This document shows positions 44,177 to 56,813 of a stretch of 64,000 bases of DNA, one piece after another. A program made the position numbers and the translations under genes. Source of the DNA: Eledone cirrhosa (Eukaryota). Location of the stretch: the NCBI GenBank assembly GCA_964016885.1, contig OZ024740.1, positions 264,492,001 through 264,556,000 of the forward strand, given 5' to 3'. Within the stretch, counting starts at the first letter, position 1. Each line of letters starts with the position of its first letter. The notes under the pieces are model-generated. The model ran no database searches. It was not told the origin of the DNA and saw only the letters and a list, made by a program, of their open reading frames with translations.

Positions 44177-46001
44177 CTTTCAAACCAGTTCCTGTACACA
44201 GCTAAGTATTCTATAAGTCTCTAGCTGTGTCATTCTCGATAAAAGCACTGGATATGTAGTCCTGATGATTTCTAACAAGAATGAAACGCGTAGATTACTT
44301 CCCTTGCTTTTATCGAGAATCTAATTGTAATACGTGACGTATTCTATTCTATAGCGATTAGGTCTTCAAAATGTTTATTATAAACATACAGAATATTTTC
44401 GAATATTCTATGTCTATATTCACATATATATCGCTATTTCAGAGCATTTATTCCAATTTCTAATTTCTGCCGGACCGGCAACCGCTCTTTCAAACCAGTT
44501 CCTGTACACAGCTAAGTATTCTATAAGTCTCTAGCTGTGTCATTCTCGATAAAAGCACTGGATATGTAGTCCTGATGATTTCTAACAAGAATGAAACGCG
44601 TAGATTACTTCCCTTGCTTTTATCGAGAATCTAATTGTAATACGTGACGTATTCTATTCTATAGCGATTAGGTCTTCAAAATGTTTATTATAAACATACA
44701 GAATATTTTCGAATATTCTATGTCTATATTCACATATATATCGCTATTTCAGAGCATTTATTCCAATTTCTAATTTCTGCCGGACCGGCAACCGCTCTTT
44801 CAAACCAGTTCCTGTACACAGCTAAGTATTCTATAAGTCTCTAGCTGTGTCATTCTCGATAAAAGCACTGGATATGTAGTCCTGATGATTTCTAACAAGA
44901 ATGAAACGCGTAGATTACTTCCCTTGCTTTTATCGAGAATCTAATTGTAATACGTGACGTATTCTATTCTATAGCGATTAGGTCTTCAAAATGTTTATTA
45001 TAAACATACAGAATATTTTCGAATATTCTATGTCTATATTCACATATATATCGCTATTTCAGAGCATTTATTCCAATTTCTAATTTCTGCCGGACCGGCA
45101 ACCGCTCTTTCAAACCAGTTCCTGTACACAGCTAAGTATTCTATAAGTCTCTAGCTGTGTCATTCTCGATAAAAGCACTGGATATGTAGTCCTGATGATT
45201 TCTAACAAGAATGAAACGCGTAGATTACTTCCCTTGCTTTTATCGAGAATCTAATTGTAATACGTGACGTATTCTATTCTATAGCGATTAGGTCTTCAAA
45301 ATGTTTATTATAAACATACAGAATATTTTCGAATATTCTATGTCTATATTCACATATATATCGCTATTTCAGAGCATTTATTCCAATTTCTAATTTCTGC
45401 CGGACCGGCAACCGCTCTTTCAAACCAGTTCCTGTACACAGCTAAGTATTCTATAAGTCTCTAGCTGTGTCATTCTCGATAAAAGCACTGGATATGTAGT
45501 CCTGATGATTTCTAACAAGAATGAAACGCGTAGATTACTTCCCTTGCTTTTATCGAGTATCTAATTGTAATACGTGACGTATTCTATTCTATAGCGATTA
45601 GGTCTTCAAAATGTTTATTATAAACATACAGAATATTTTCGAATATTCTATGTCTATATTCACATATATATCGCTATTTCAGAGCATTTATTCCAATTTC
45701 TAATTTCTGCCGGACCGGCAACCGCTCTTTCAAACCAGTTCCTGTACACAGCTAAGTATTCTATAAGTCTCTAGCTGTGTCATTCTCGATAAAAGCACTG
45801 GATATGTAGTCCTGATGATTTCTAACAAGAATGAAACGCGTAGATTACTTCCCTTGCTTTTATCGAGAATCTAATTGTAATACGTGACGTATTCTATTCT
45901 ATAGCGATTAGGTCTTCAAAATGTTTATTATAAACATACAGAATATTTTCGAATATTCTATGTCTATATTCACATATATATCGCTATTTCAGAGCATTTA
46001 T

Positions 46002-46007
<6 letters not shown>
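44177..46007 (+). repeat. Inverted tandem array of the same 310-bp monomer, about 5.9 copies, ribozyme sense on the plus strand
   Basis: Unit starts at 44177, 44487, 44797, 45107, 45417 and 45727; one substitution seen (45558 A>T); ends TTCCAAT|(AT)n. Confidence 0.97.
44232..44320 (+). ncRNA. Type I hammerhead ribozyme, family A (first of 6 plus-strand copies)
   Basis: GUAGUC(44256-61)-CUGAUGA(44262-68)-u UUCU aaca AGAA u-GAAA(44283-86)-CGCG-UA-GAUUAC(44293-98). Helix I is extended by GGA/UCC and a 16-bp perfect stem AUUCUCGAUAAAAGCA/UGCUUUUAUCGAGAAU. Predicted cleavage GUA| after 44292. Confidence 0.92.
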
Positions 46008-46046
<39 letters not shown>

Positions 46047-46048
<2 letters not shown>

Positions 46049-46275
46049 GTGGTAGAACACTGGAAGGTAATATCCGTGGTGGTAGAGCACTCAGTCCATG
46101 GGACGAGTTAGGTGGAAGTTGTTACACAACAGTTAGTTCACCATACTGAGAACAATTGTTTCACCTTCGCGGATCCTCAACCTGTTCTGTATAACCATGT
46201 CCATTAAGAGCTGAGGATCCGCTAAGGTGAAACAATTGTTCTCAGTATGGTGAGCTAACTCTTGTGTAACCACTT
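46047..46275. mobile_element. Head-to-head inverted short element in (AT)n (HHR family F); HHR 46201-46250 (+), truncated mirror 46141-46181 (-)
   Basis: CCAU uaa GAG-CUGAGGA-u CC gcuaa GG u-GAAA-CAAUUG-UU-CUC agu AUGG; arms about 46116-46179 / 46212-46275. Confidence 0.8.
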
Positions 46276-46289
46276 ATATATATACACCA

Positions 46290-47325
46290 CCTGAAGAACC
46301 TCTTTACTGGCCTAACCGGAGATTTATACCGAGATGACGCCCTCTTCACCCTGCACAAGGTTAACCCCAGAACCACCGATGGGTTTCGGAGAAACTTAAG
46401 CTCGTTCTTCCGTAATCTAGGATTTAGTATAATTATAGAAACTAATATGACTAGGCCCAACATTTTAGATGTCGCTCTCGACCTAGATACTTCCTTCTAA
46501 TACACGTACCACAAACCTAATGAGTCCCTTTGATATATTAATGTTAATTCTAACCACCCCAAAAACATCACTGATAACTTAGTAAAAAGCGTCTTTATTA
46601 GAATCTCTGGCCTCTCGGCCAATGAAGATATCTTTACCGCCTCTGCCTCCCACCACAATGACGCCCTCACCCGCAGCGGATTTAAAGAAAAGATAACCTA
46701 CCTATTAACCACCGCAAGGCTGCATAGGAGAATTAGGCATAGGCAGATTAGCTGGTACAACCCTCCCTTCAATAGAGAGGTCTCTACACCTATAGCTAGG
46801 ATTTTCTTCACTTTGCTGAACATACACTTCTCCATACAACATAGGTACTACACCATCTTTAATAAGAACACAATAAGACTCTCCTACTCCACTACACCTA
46901 ACCTAGCTAGGAATATAGCCAATCTCAATTCTAAAAAAATAAATAAGCCAACCACCTCCGAACCCAATCCCCGGACTGAGGCCTTGTGTACTTGCTTAAA
47001 TAAGGAAGCCTGCCCACTTGAAAACAAATGCCTGACAAATGATATTTTATACAAATGCGATGTCATCTCAGGCACCGATGATTGCAACAACAAAAAGACT
47101 TACATCGGCATGACATCCAATAACTTTAAGACTCGGTGGTATGCCCATACCTACTCCCTCAGAAGACCGGACAAATCAAGTCAGAGAACACTCGCCTCCT
47201 ATGTTTGGGACCTCAAAAGAACTCCACCCTTTCACGCTTAAATGGAAAATACTCCAGAAAGCGCACTCATACAACGGAGGACACAATCTGCGACCTTTGT
47301 ATCTCAGAGAGCTACGAAACTTTAT
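46290..47325 (+). mobile_element. Decayed PLE (RT YRDD through GIY-YIG)
   Basis: GDLYRDDALF, NILDVALDL, YHKPNES, SNHPKNI, ISWYNPPFN, LSYSTTPNL, CTC..CPLENKCL..ILYKC, YIGMTSNNFKTRW. Confidence 0.9.
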
Positions 47326-47349
47326 GTATATATGTATATATATATATAA

Positions 47350-47528
47350 ATTAATAAAAATAATGAAATAAAAACAAAGAACAAGTTTCTTTATATTAAA
47401 AAATTCTTCATTTTACGATCGTTTCTAGGATGTATGTGTGTTGGTATGTATATCATATAGATCTATGTAAAAATATTACAAATATACATACCTTCACATA
47501 TACATGGTGTCTTCAGAAATGATGAGAA
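47350..47528 (-). ncRNA. HHR family G element in (AT)n; HHR 47408-47522
   Basis: UCAUUU-CUGAAGA-[~84-nt helix II]-GAAA-CGAUCG-UA-AAAUGA; homologous to 56434-56625. Confidence 0.78.
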
Positions 47529-47543
47529 TTATATATATATATG

Positions 47544-47637
<94 letters not shown>

Positions 47638-47640
47638 TAC

Positions 47641-47756
<116 letters not shown>

Positions 47757-47782
47757 ATAGACGTGTAACACACGAGTTATGG

Positions 47783-48157
47783 TATATTGGTAAAAGGAAA
47801 AGAAAATGCTGACAAATTGTTCCCAGTGAAAAATAGTTTAATTAGGAATAAGTAAAAATTAGTAATAGTATTGGTTAGTATTCAGTTTTGGTTCTAAGTT
47901 TCACCGGTTGCGCATTTCTAATGCTTTTCAAAAATAATTTTGAGATAGAGCGCTCGTGATGTTTGCCCTAATCTGATTAGAGCAAACATCACGGACGCTC
48001 TATCTCAAAATTATTTTTGAAAAGCATTAGAAATGCGCAACCGGTGAAACTTAGAACCAAAACTGAATACTAACCAATACTATTACTAATTTTTACTTAT
48101 TCCTAATTAAAGTATTTTTCACTGGGAACGATTTGTCAGCATTTTCTTTTCCTTTTA

Positions 48158-48165
<8 letters not shown>
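47783..48165. repeat. Palindrome with ~190-bp arms and 1-nt centre (47974), between (AT)n tracts
   Basis: ...GATGTTTGCCCTAATC T GATTAGAGCAAACATC...; few mismatches; no canonical HHR core found. Confidence 0.9.
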
Positions 48166-48230
<65 letters not shown>

Positions 48231-49742
48231 TTATAAATATAATATATATGAATTCCAAATACAAAGCTCCATTTATCAAATTCAATTCAGAGAGCATTGC
48301 TGAAATTGAATATATATGATGCATTGCTATTGAGTCACATGCAGATCGATCAATGCGCTTGTGAAATGAGCTCTCAATCCACAGAGATATGTCTGAATAT
48401 ATGCATTTTATCTACCTGTTCTATGTTGAAACGTTAAATATTTCTATTCACTACCAGCAGGTTTTTTTAAAGATTACCTTTCAAGTTAGTTCCTACGAAT
48501 AATATATTTATCAACACCTGTTTCTCTAACATTCGCTTTCATAGATTGATCGCTGTACACTATTGGAAATTTAGTTACATCTTTTACTTTCCATGATTCT
48601 GTTGTAGGTTTATTCTTCCCTAGGTTCAACACCTGGATTGTTCTATTTTATGGTAAAATGGAATTTGTTTTAATCTTCGAAGCAGTGATATAAATAAAAA
48701 TAAAATCTCACATACAATTGCAAATGTTTACCCAAGTAAGTTTACAAGTTTGCATTTAATTGTATTGTTATTGTTTTTAACATTAAAATTTACCTGGTAT
48801 AGATTTCTTTAATGCCATAATAGTTGTTTAGTCTTGTTTCTGTCATTTACTATATTATTAATATTTTATCTGTAAGTCACTTATATTCCCAAAACGTTTT
48901 TGGAATCAAAAAACAAATCTAATACACTTTGTTTTGCATTATTCTGTACACATGAATGTTACAATGTTATGAAATATATACGACATCTGGCTTTAAAGAA
49001 ATTCATTTTACTATTGAAAATATTGTATTTGTCTCACACACACCCGCGCGCACGCACACTTATATACAAGTAGAAGCTGGCGGGTGCATAATTCAACATC
49101 ACCTTGTAAAGTAGCAAAAAGAAACGAAATAACACCCGGAGCAACAAGCTGCATACGTTTGAGCAATAATTCTCTTTAATGCCAAAGATCTGGATATTGA
49201 ATACGTGTTTAAAACTATATTTTTTCCTTGATCGATCAAGTGAGCAGAGAAATAGAACCACATGATTTTCACCTCAGGAAAGGCAGTCTCTACAGGGGTG
49301 TGATGTAGCTAATATTGGAGACCTCATCAGACCCTAACCTCTGCTTTAACCTTAGAAGTGGACTATTTTAATTTACCCGCATTGCACAATAACATCCATG
49401 GCATATGAGGAGTGCTCCACTCCGCACACACTGGATATCTGCTGCAAATCAACGCTAACTAGGTGATCAAGTATATCGACTCGATGACAAGTGAAATTTC
49501 AAGTTCTCAGTAGCTGGCAATATTAGGAGGAAAACCTTTTAAAAAAAATAACTAAAAACATTTCAGTGTCAACCTGCACTGAAAGTAAAGAAGACACAGG
49601 AAAGCAGAAGTTTGATTGTACACGTCCGATTTATCTGCTACGATTAATCAAATGTGTATCATGAATTAATTTAACATATGCCACAGAACCCCGTGGAAGT
49701 ACCAGCGAACAGAAATACACCCAAACACAGGAGAAAAAAAGC

Positions 49743-49856
49743 AAAGACGCATGCGCAGTCTACATACACTCAACGAAAAGACAAGACAGGGTTAAAGTTC
49801 TCTTTAACCCTGTCTTGTCTTTTCGTTGAGTGTATGTAGACTGCGCATGCGTCTTT
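49743..49856. repeat. Perfect palindrome, 55-bp arms, 4-nt loop
   Basis: AAAGACGCATGCGCAGTC...GGGTTAAAG ttct CTTTAACCC...GACTGCGCATGCGTCTTT. Confidence 0.9.
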
Positions 49857-51095
49857 TCTTTTCATAATACAGGAGCACGAATTGTCATTGGCAATGTCAC
49901 AGGAAGTGTGAGGAAAGAGATTTGACATGAAACAACGAAAGGTATACGAAACTAATCGATATATATATATATAATAGCCTTGTGTATTTGTCCGTAATGC
50001 AATAGAGGTGACTGAAGAAGGAAGAATAGATTACATCGACTGAGGCGGAAAAGGGTGATGACGAAGACTGAACAAGGAGGGTGGCAGCGTCTAATATTCA
50101 CTATACCTGTGTGTATATACATATAACGAATTTGCTACACACATTGGCTGTTATGATTATATGTGTGTTTGTGTGTGTGTATATTTGTGTTCTTGTAAAT
50201 TATATTTATATATGATATTTGTGTGAGAGTATATGTGTTTGTTTATTTAGAAAGATCATAGACAATATAATTACAAACATACACGAATCTATACACATAT
50301 ATATATATATATAAACACACACAAATAAAATATTCGTTACATACACTCACATCTATGTGAATACAGAGGAAGGAGGGGGGGGAGAGACTAAAGAATTCTA
50401 GAGTTCTAAGATTCGTCACGGCTGTGTGTTGTATGTTTGTATCAGTTGCGTGAGTGAGCACAAAGGAACCAACAAACAAACATCTCTTCTTTAAATTATG
50501 CATAGATATTACAATTAGCTGTAATTATTGACGGCACTAATATGTAATAATAATGAGTATAACCGCGGTTGCAGCTGCACTATAGCAGATAAAATTATCA
50601 GAGACAGTCAAGAAGCACTCTATGTGTGAGTCATTTATAAATTTCTATTCAGAAATAAAATAAAAAGGTCAGAAATAGTAACACCATGAATAAAGCAACC
50701 AGAGGCAGTAGTACAACACCAACAGCATATACAATCAGGTCGAAAAACTAACCTGCACCACCTTGATTAGATATGAATCGATAAAATCGATGAATATCTT
50801 CAATAGGTTTCTGGAAAATCCGGAGAGGTTCATTCCAAGTTGCGTAAAGTATAGGCAAGTGAGTAATACATCTTATTATGGGACAGGGATATCGCTTTTT
50901 TTATCGTGTTTTACGTTCCATGTATCCATTTTATTCGAGTTCTAAGAAAGCACTGTAGATCGACTGCATCAGTGAATTTGGCAGTGGAGTCACGAGGTCT
51001 TTCTCAAAAAGAGGAAGGTAAGGAGGCCGGAGTTATGGGTGGTACAAAGGAATTTTCACAGCCCCGCAATATGTTCTCAAGTAGGATTACAAATA

Positions 51096-51160
<65 letters not shown>

Positions 51161-51164
<4 letters not shown>

Positions 51165-51879
51165 GGAAAAATGAAACGAAATTTCATTTCTCACCCTTAG
51201 TACGGCTGTTACTTAAGTATAAGTAAGTATACGTACATACATATATGTATACAGACGTACAGTAGTTTGTATATATATATATATATACATACATGCACAC
51301 ACATATATATGTACCTATGGATTCACCGAACATTTATTATAATGCTCAGTGTGTTTGTAAACAAACTTCCCGAATTAAGCCGTACAGTGTCTAGCAACCA
51401 CCGTTGCTCATTTGTTCAACACTGACGAAGGAACGCTGTACTTGTTTCAAGCTTATTAACTATCGTCAGCAACGTATACCTTCCTGCCAGATGATTGAAC
51501 GTCTGAAAGTATATACTTTCCCTATGCATATTAACGGCTGAGCAGCCTAATTTGCATATCGAGTGAGTTTATCGGCCGGGTACCGAAAACGATAAACGGA
51601 AAAAATGAAACGAAATTTCATTTCTCAGTTTTAGTACGGTTGTTACTTAAATATAAGTATGTATACGTACATACATATATGTATACAGACGTACAGTAGT
51701 ATGTATATATATATACATACATGCACACATATATATATGTAAGTATGGATTCACGGAACATTTATTATAATGCTCGGTGTGTTTGTAAAGAAACATCCCG
51801 AATTAAGCCGTATAGTGTCTCGCAACCATCGTTGCTCATTTGTTCAACACTGACAAAGGAACGCTGTACTAGTTTCAAG
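51161..51879 (-). mobile_element. Diverged HHR family B element, about 1.7 tandem units (period about 433); HHR 51433-51475
   Basis: Homologous to 11165-12350; ACGUUG-CUGACGA-uaguuaauaagcuu-GAAA-CAAG-UA-CAGCGU. The second unit is truncated inside helix II and has CUAG in helix III. Confidence 0.85.
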
Positions 51880-52385
51880 TTTCCCTGTGTGATTATGTGT
51901 TTATATTCTACCTTTAGTCACTAGTGTGCTTTTATGTGTGGGTGTTGTTTTTGTATGTGTATATTTATATTCTATCTTTGATCACTATAGTTTGTTTGTG
52001 TATGGTTGTTTTTATTATTTTCTTGTTTTCTGTTCAGCCTAGATTTTCTGAATTTTATTCTGTAGCTTCACTAATTTCTCTAGTTGTGGACCCAATCCTA
52101 TATTTAGATATTACTTTAATTGTATGTTGTCTATTTTACCATCACGTCTTTGTCTGCCGTGTTCATAGAATACTGAATAATTTTTATCGTTTCTGTTCTC
52201 TCCACTGTTCATGCGTCTTCTCTCCCATGCTACGCCTTGTCTCTCCTATGTATGTCGTTGTCATTTTTCTGCAGGCACCCTCTGTGCATCTTATGCTAAA
52301 GACTACATTTATAGTTTTACCATTTATTTGTGGGGCTATTCTACATATTACACATCCTATTTCACTCTATTCAATCGCCATACAG
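51880..52385 (-). mobile_element. Decayed PLE GIY-YIG fragment
   Basis: Minus strand CKTINVVFSIRCTEGAC...YIGETRRSMGE; related to the 13.9-kb PLE. Confidence 0.78.
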
Positions 52386-52850
52386 TGAAAATAGGATACT
52401 CAATATTCAATATTCAATCCTATATCTCCTGTAAATGCAAGTGTAGAAGACCAGAAACATGCCCACTAGACCAACAGCGTAACACTCCGGTGGTGATATA
52501 TCAACCATAGGTTGCATCCACCAATCAGAACCAACAAACTGCAGCCTTAAACTATGTCGGTATGTTCGAGAGTCGGTTTAAAAACCAGTACAAGAATCAC
52601 GAAGAAACCTTGGGCCTTCCTGACAAGAAACATTCCACCCAGTTCACAAATCATGTGTGAAACCTTAAGAATAACGGCACACCTTTTTCCATCATTAGTT
52701 CTACCGCCTATATTAATGGGACGAAATTTGCTCGCCTTTATAATTCGGAATAATGGAATACACTCTCACAATGAACCTCATATAAACACTGCCTGAATAA
52801 AATACTTGACAGCTTTAAGCACTGTCCTCATGAAATGAAGTATATTCTGT
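52386..52850 (+). mobile_element. Decayed PLE GIY-YIG fragment, opposite orientation
   Basis: SCKCKCRRPETCPLDQQRNTPVVIYQ...YVGM; 3' end resembles LNKI..LLSTVLM. Confidence 0.65.
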
Positions 52851-53193
52851 GTAAATGACTTAGATCTAATTACAGGTCTAGGAGTATACTTTGATTTGCT
52901 GACTATTTTGTATATCAGGTAATTTAGATTCTTTGAGTTTGCAGGGAAAAATATGTTTTCCTTATTCTTGACTGCGGTCTTGCAAGAGTTACCTCACTTG
53001 ATCTTACCTCATTTGCTCACAGTTTAAAAAAAACTTTTTTTAATTGATTACCTGCCTTTGTTTAACCTGTCCAGTTATATTTCTGAATGGAAATCACATT
53101 CAACGCCATCTTTAATTTTATTTTTCTAATGACAGGTTGAATGAGTTGCGGTCCAGAACACATCGAAACTTAAGTACCAGTTTATGTTACTGT

Positions 53194-53227
<34 letters not shown>

Positions 53228-53267
53228 TACGTGTGTGTGTGTTATTGTGTTCCTGTGTATATATATA

Positions 53268-53808
53268 ACTTATATAATAAGGTTGTAGATCCTGTCTGTT
53301 TGTTTGTTCACGAACTCCTATAGTTTAAGAGACAGACCCCCAAAACCATATTTATTATGAAACTACATTACCCAGGTTACTTTGATTTATATGAAATTTA
53401 AATCATAGGTAAATGACAAGATCTGAAGCCTATTCCCAAAATTTCAGCAAATTTCAAAAATAGTAAGACACCCTAATGTGGGTTAAACCACCTATAGTGA
53501 CAATTTTGTAAGTCCATATCTTGAGTGTTGGAACTTCTATTAGGACGGGGTTTTTATATTAATTAAACGTAAATCAACAACAAAAGCATCTCTCTTATAT
53601 AGTAAAGTTTTGCTACTTTAGACATTTTATCTATGGCAAAACATCACTAGAATTATGACAGCAAAAATTATTAGATATTGCCTCTACTTTTTAAACATTT
53701 TCCCTTTATTTTTTCTCCATAAATTATATCACTGATTTAAAATCTATCATCATTTTCTTACAAAAAAAAGAAGTGTGAAACGCAGCAAGGCGCGGGTAAT
53801 TCGGCTAA
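53268..53808 (+). mobile_element. Possible non-autonomous Helitron-like element
   Basis: 5' CTTATATAATAA followed by (GTCT/GTTT)n, and 3' GC-rich GCAAGGCGCGGGTAATTCGGCTAA, resemble short non-autonomous Helitron termini (CTAG end mutated). Pattern recognition only. Confidence 0.45.
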
Positions 53809-53875
53809 TATATATATATGTATATATGTGTGTGTGTGTGTGTGTGTGTATGTGTGTGTGTATTTGTGTGTGTGT

Positions 53876-53916
<41 letters not shown>

Positions 53917-54263
53917 GAATGAGAAGATCAAATATTCCAACATTACCTAATATTTCTTCGCAGTCCCGACTGTGCAGTTAAAGTGCACCCAGTCTGTGAG
54001 GTAGTCGGCTTGTCAAGAGACTCCGACAGTGCAGCACAAATTAACCGAATTGACCACTACCAATTACAATTTTCGTGAGGAGAAATTATCACGTGCTTTT
54101 ATGGTCAAAAGAGAGGTAGTGATGTGTATACTGTTAGTGAGTAACAGAACTGCTGGAAGAGGCAGTATATTTCAACCTAATTTTTATTCAACCATATGGG
54201 AGTTAAGATAAAAATTATAGAAAATGCATATACATATAGATGCATATGTATATGCGCCCCCGC

Positions 54264-54297
<34 letters not shown>

Positions 54298-54298
54298 G

Positions 54299-54360
<62 letters not shown>

Positions 54361-54411
54361 TTATATATGTATATATATATATATGTATGTATACACATAT
54401 ATATATATATA

Positions 54412-54508
<97 letters not shown>

Positions 54509-54894
54509 GTGTGTGCGTGTGCGTGTATGTGTGTGTGTGTGTCTGTATGTGTGTATATATTTCCCGGCATGCACAGAAGCCGAAGGCTTTGGTAAATGTT
54601 ATTTAAAACAATACCCTAATTAGCTTCCGATGAAGACAATCAATCTTCATTTAGAATATGATTTATTGCTGAAATAGATTGTCCAATATTGGTATTTTCT
54701 TGGGCGAATTCATGTGAATTGTTTTGGGAAGCTAAGAATGTTTAAGAGAAAAAGAAAATATTAAATTGTATTGTTAAAAAGTCTATTCTAGATTTTTCTG
54801 GGGTTTTTTTCTTTTATAAAATGCCCTTCAAAATCCTAATTAAATATTACTTTAAGAAAACAGAATATCTTTCGAATTATATTATCATGATAAA

Positions 54895-55003
<109 letters not shown>

Positions 55004-55009
55004 CATATA

Positions 55010-55056
<47 letters not shown>

Positions 55057-56433
55057 ATATATATGTATATGTGTGTGAGGGCGTGCGTCTTTCTCTGTAT
55101 GTGTGGGTGTTTATATATAGACATTTATATATATGTATATATATACATATACATATATATATACATACATTCATTCTTACGCACATACATACATTTATAA
55201 ATAAATATATGTATATATGTATATATATATTTGTGTGTGCGTGGTGGGGTGTGTATGGGTTTGCCATTGCTCCTGTTTAATTTCTCATTATGTTTTCATT
55301 GGTGTGTATGCATGAGTCCCAATCATATACACAATTATACATAAATTCCGTGTGTCATTTTATGTCTATGTAAGTTTGTATGGATGCATACCAAAAATGT
55401 ACCTGAAATAGTGTATAAATGATGGATGAGAGTACGTGCAAATAAGCATTAATCCTAAGGAGAACTAAACACGCCCTATTTGACTCGATGACGCGTTATT
55501 AGTTCAGATATTTGTATGTGTTGTTAAAGTGTTTTGTATGAAGATGATAACTGGGAAATTAAATGTATATAAACTTGTATTCTCAATCAGTCACATATAA
55601 TTTACGGCCATACATATGATGTGCGTGCGAGTGTTTATATAAAGTAGTTTCCATACAGAATGAAATATTTACATCTGATCAGAAAAGTTGCCCTAAGTAT
55701 ATCTGGTACGTATATATATATATATATCTATAAAAGTGCTGTTAAAGAAGAGGGGAGAATATCAGGGGATAGTGAGGGGAAAATATATATATATATATTA
55801 TTTTTATATTCTTTTAATTTCCCCTCATCTTTAACAGCACTTTTCAACTGCATCTAACTCTTATTTATCATATCTATATGTATTAGTATAATTTTATCAA
55901 TATATATTATACCCATCAATTAAATTAATTTATATTCTTTTCATAGATGTATTTTTTCACTAACATTCTTATCTTAAAACTTTAGTCACCTTAGATATTT
56001 GTATTGGCATTACTATTTTATAACATCAACTGCTTGTATATCTTTTACTGACCACCTGACCTATTTTCACCCCTAAAATAAGCTTCAATTACTACTATTT
56101 TACCATTTGGCAAATTATTAACTTTCTATTGGTTAATTCTAAACCTCTTACCATACAGACAGAATATATTAGATCTTTGTTGGTTTTATTCAATGAACAA
56201 ATAAAATTATTTCTGAGGTCAGCATAAGACCTATTTCTTCCCTAAAATAATCCTTCATTCATAATATTCTTTTCCATCCAAAACTGAAATCTACCTTCCT
56301 CTACCCATAATTTAAGGTTCTTCTACTACTATATTACTATCCTGACTCTCACTATCTCTCTATTGGTCAATTCAAAACCTGTTCCCAAACAGACCTATTG
56401 TATTGAATCTTTGTTTTTTTCAATAAACAAATA

Positions 56434-56575
56434 TCATTATTTCTGAAGACAGCATATATATGTGTAGGTATGTATATTCCCTCTGATAGTTTGTATAAAT
56501 ATTGTACATAGATCTATAGAATATGCATACCAACTCTAACACATATATATCCTAGAAACGATCGTAAAATGATGA
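56434..56575 (+). ncRNA. Type I hammerhead ribozyme, family G, with 105-nt helix II
   Basis: UCAUUAUUU-CUGAAGA(56443-49)-[AUAUAUAUGUGU/ACACAUAUAUAU and GGUAUGUAUAUUC/GAAUAUGCAUACC stems]-GAAA(56555-58)-CGAUCG-UA-AAAUGAUGA. Confidence 0.82.
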
Positions 56576-56621
56576 ATTTTTTTAATATAAGGAACTGTTT
56601 CTTTGTTTATTCATTATTTTA

Positions 56622-56664
<43 letters not shown>

Positions 56665-56746
56665 AAATAAAATAAACAAGTCAAATGTTTAAAATTTGGC
56701 TTCGTAGTACTGCTATATATATTTCGGTTACAGATATATATATTCA

Positions 56747-56813
<67 letters not shown>

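Noticed and set aside
41211-46007. CRISPR array or plain centromeric satellite
   Set aside because: No unique spacers and no cas genes in a eukaryotic context; the unit contains a complete HHR and the array is short and dispersed-type.
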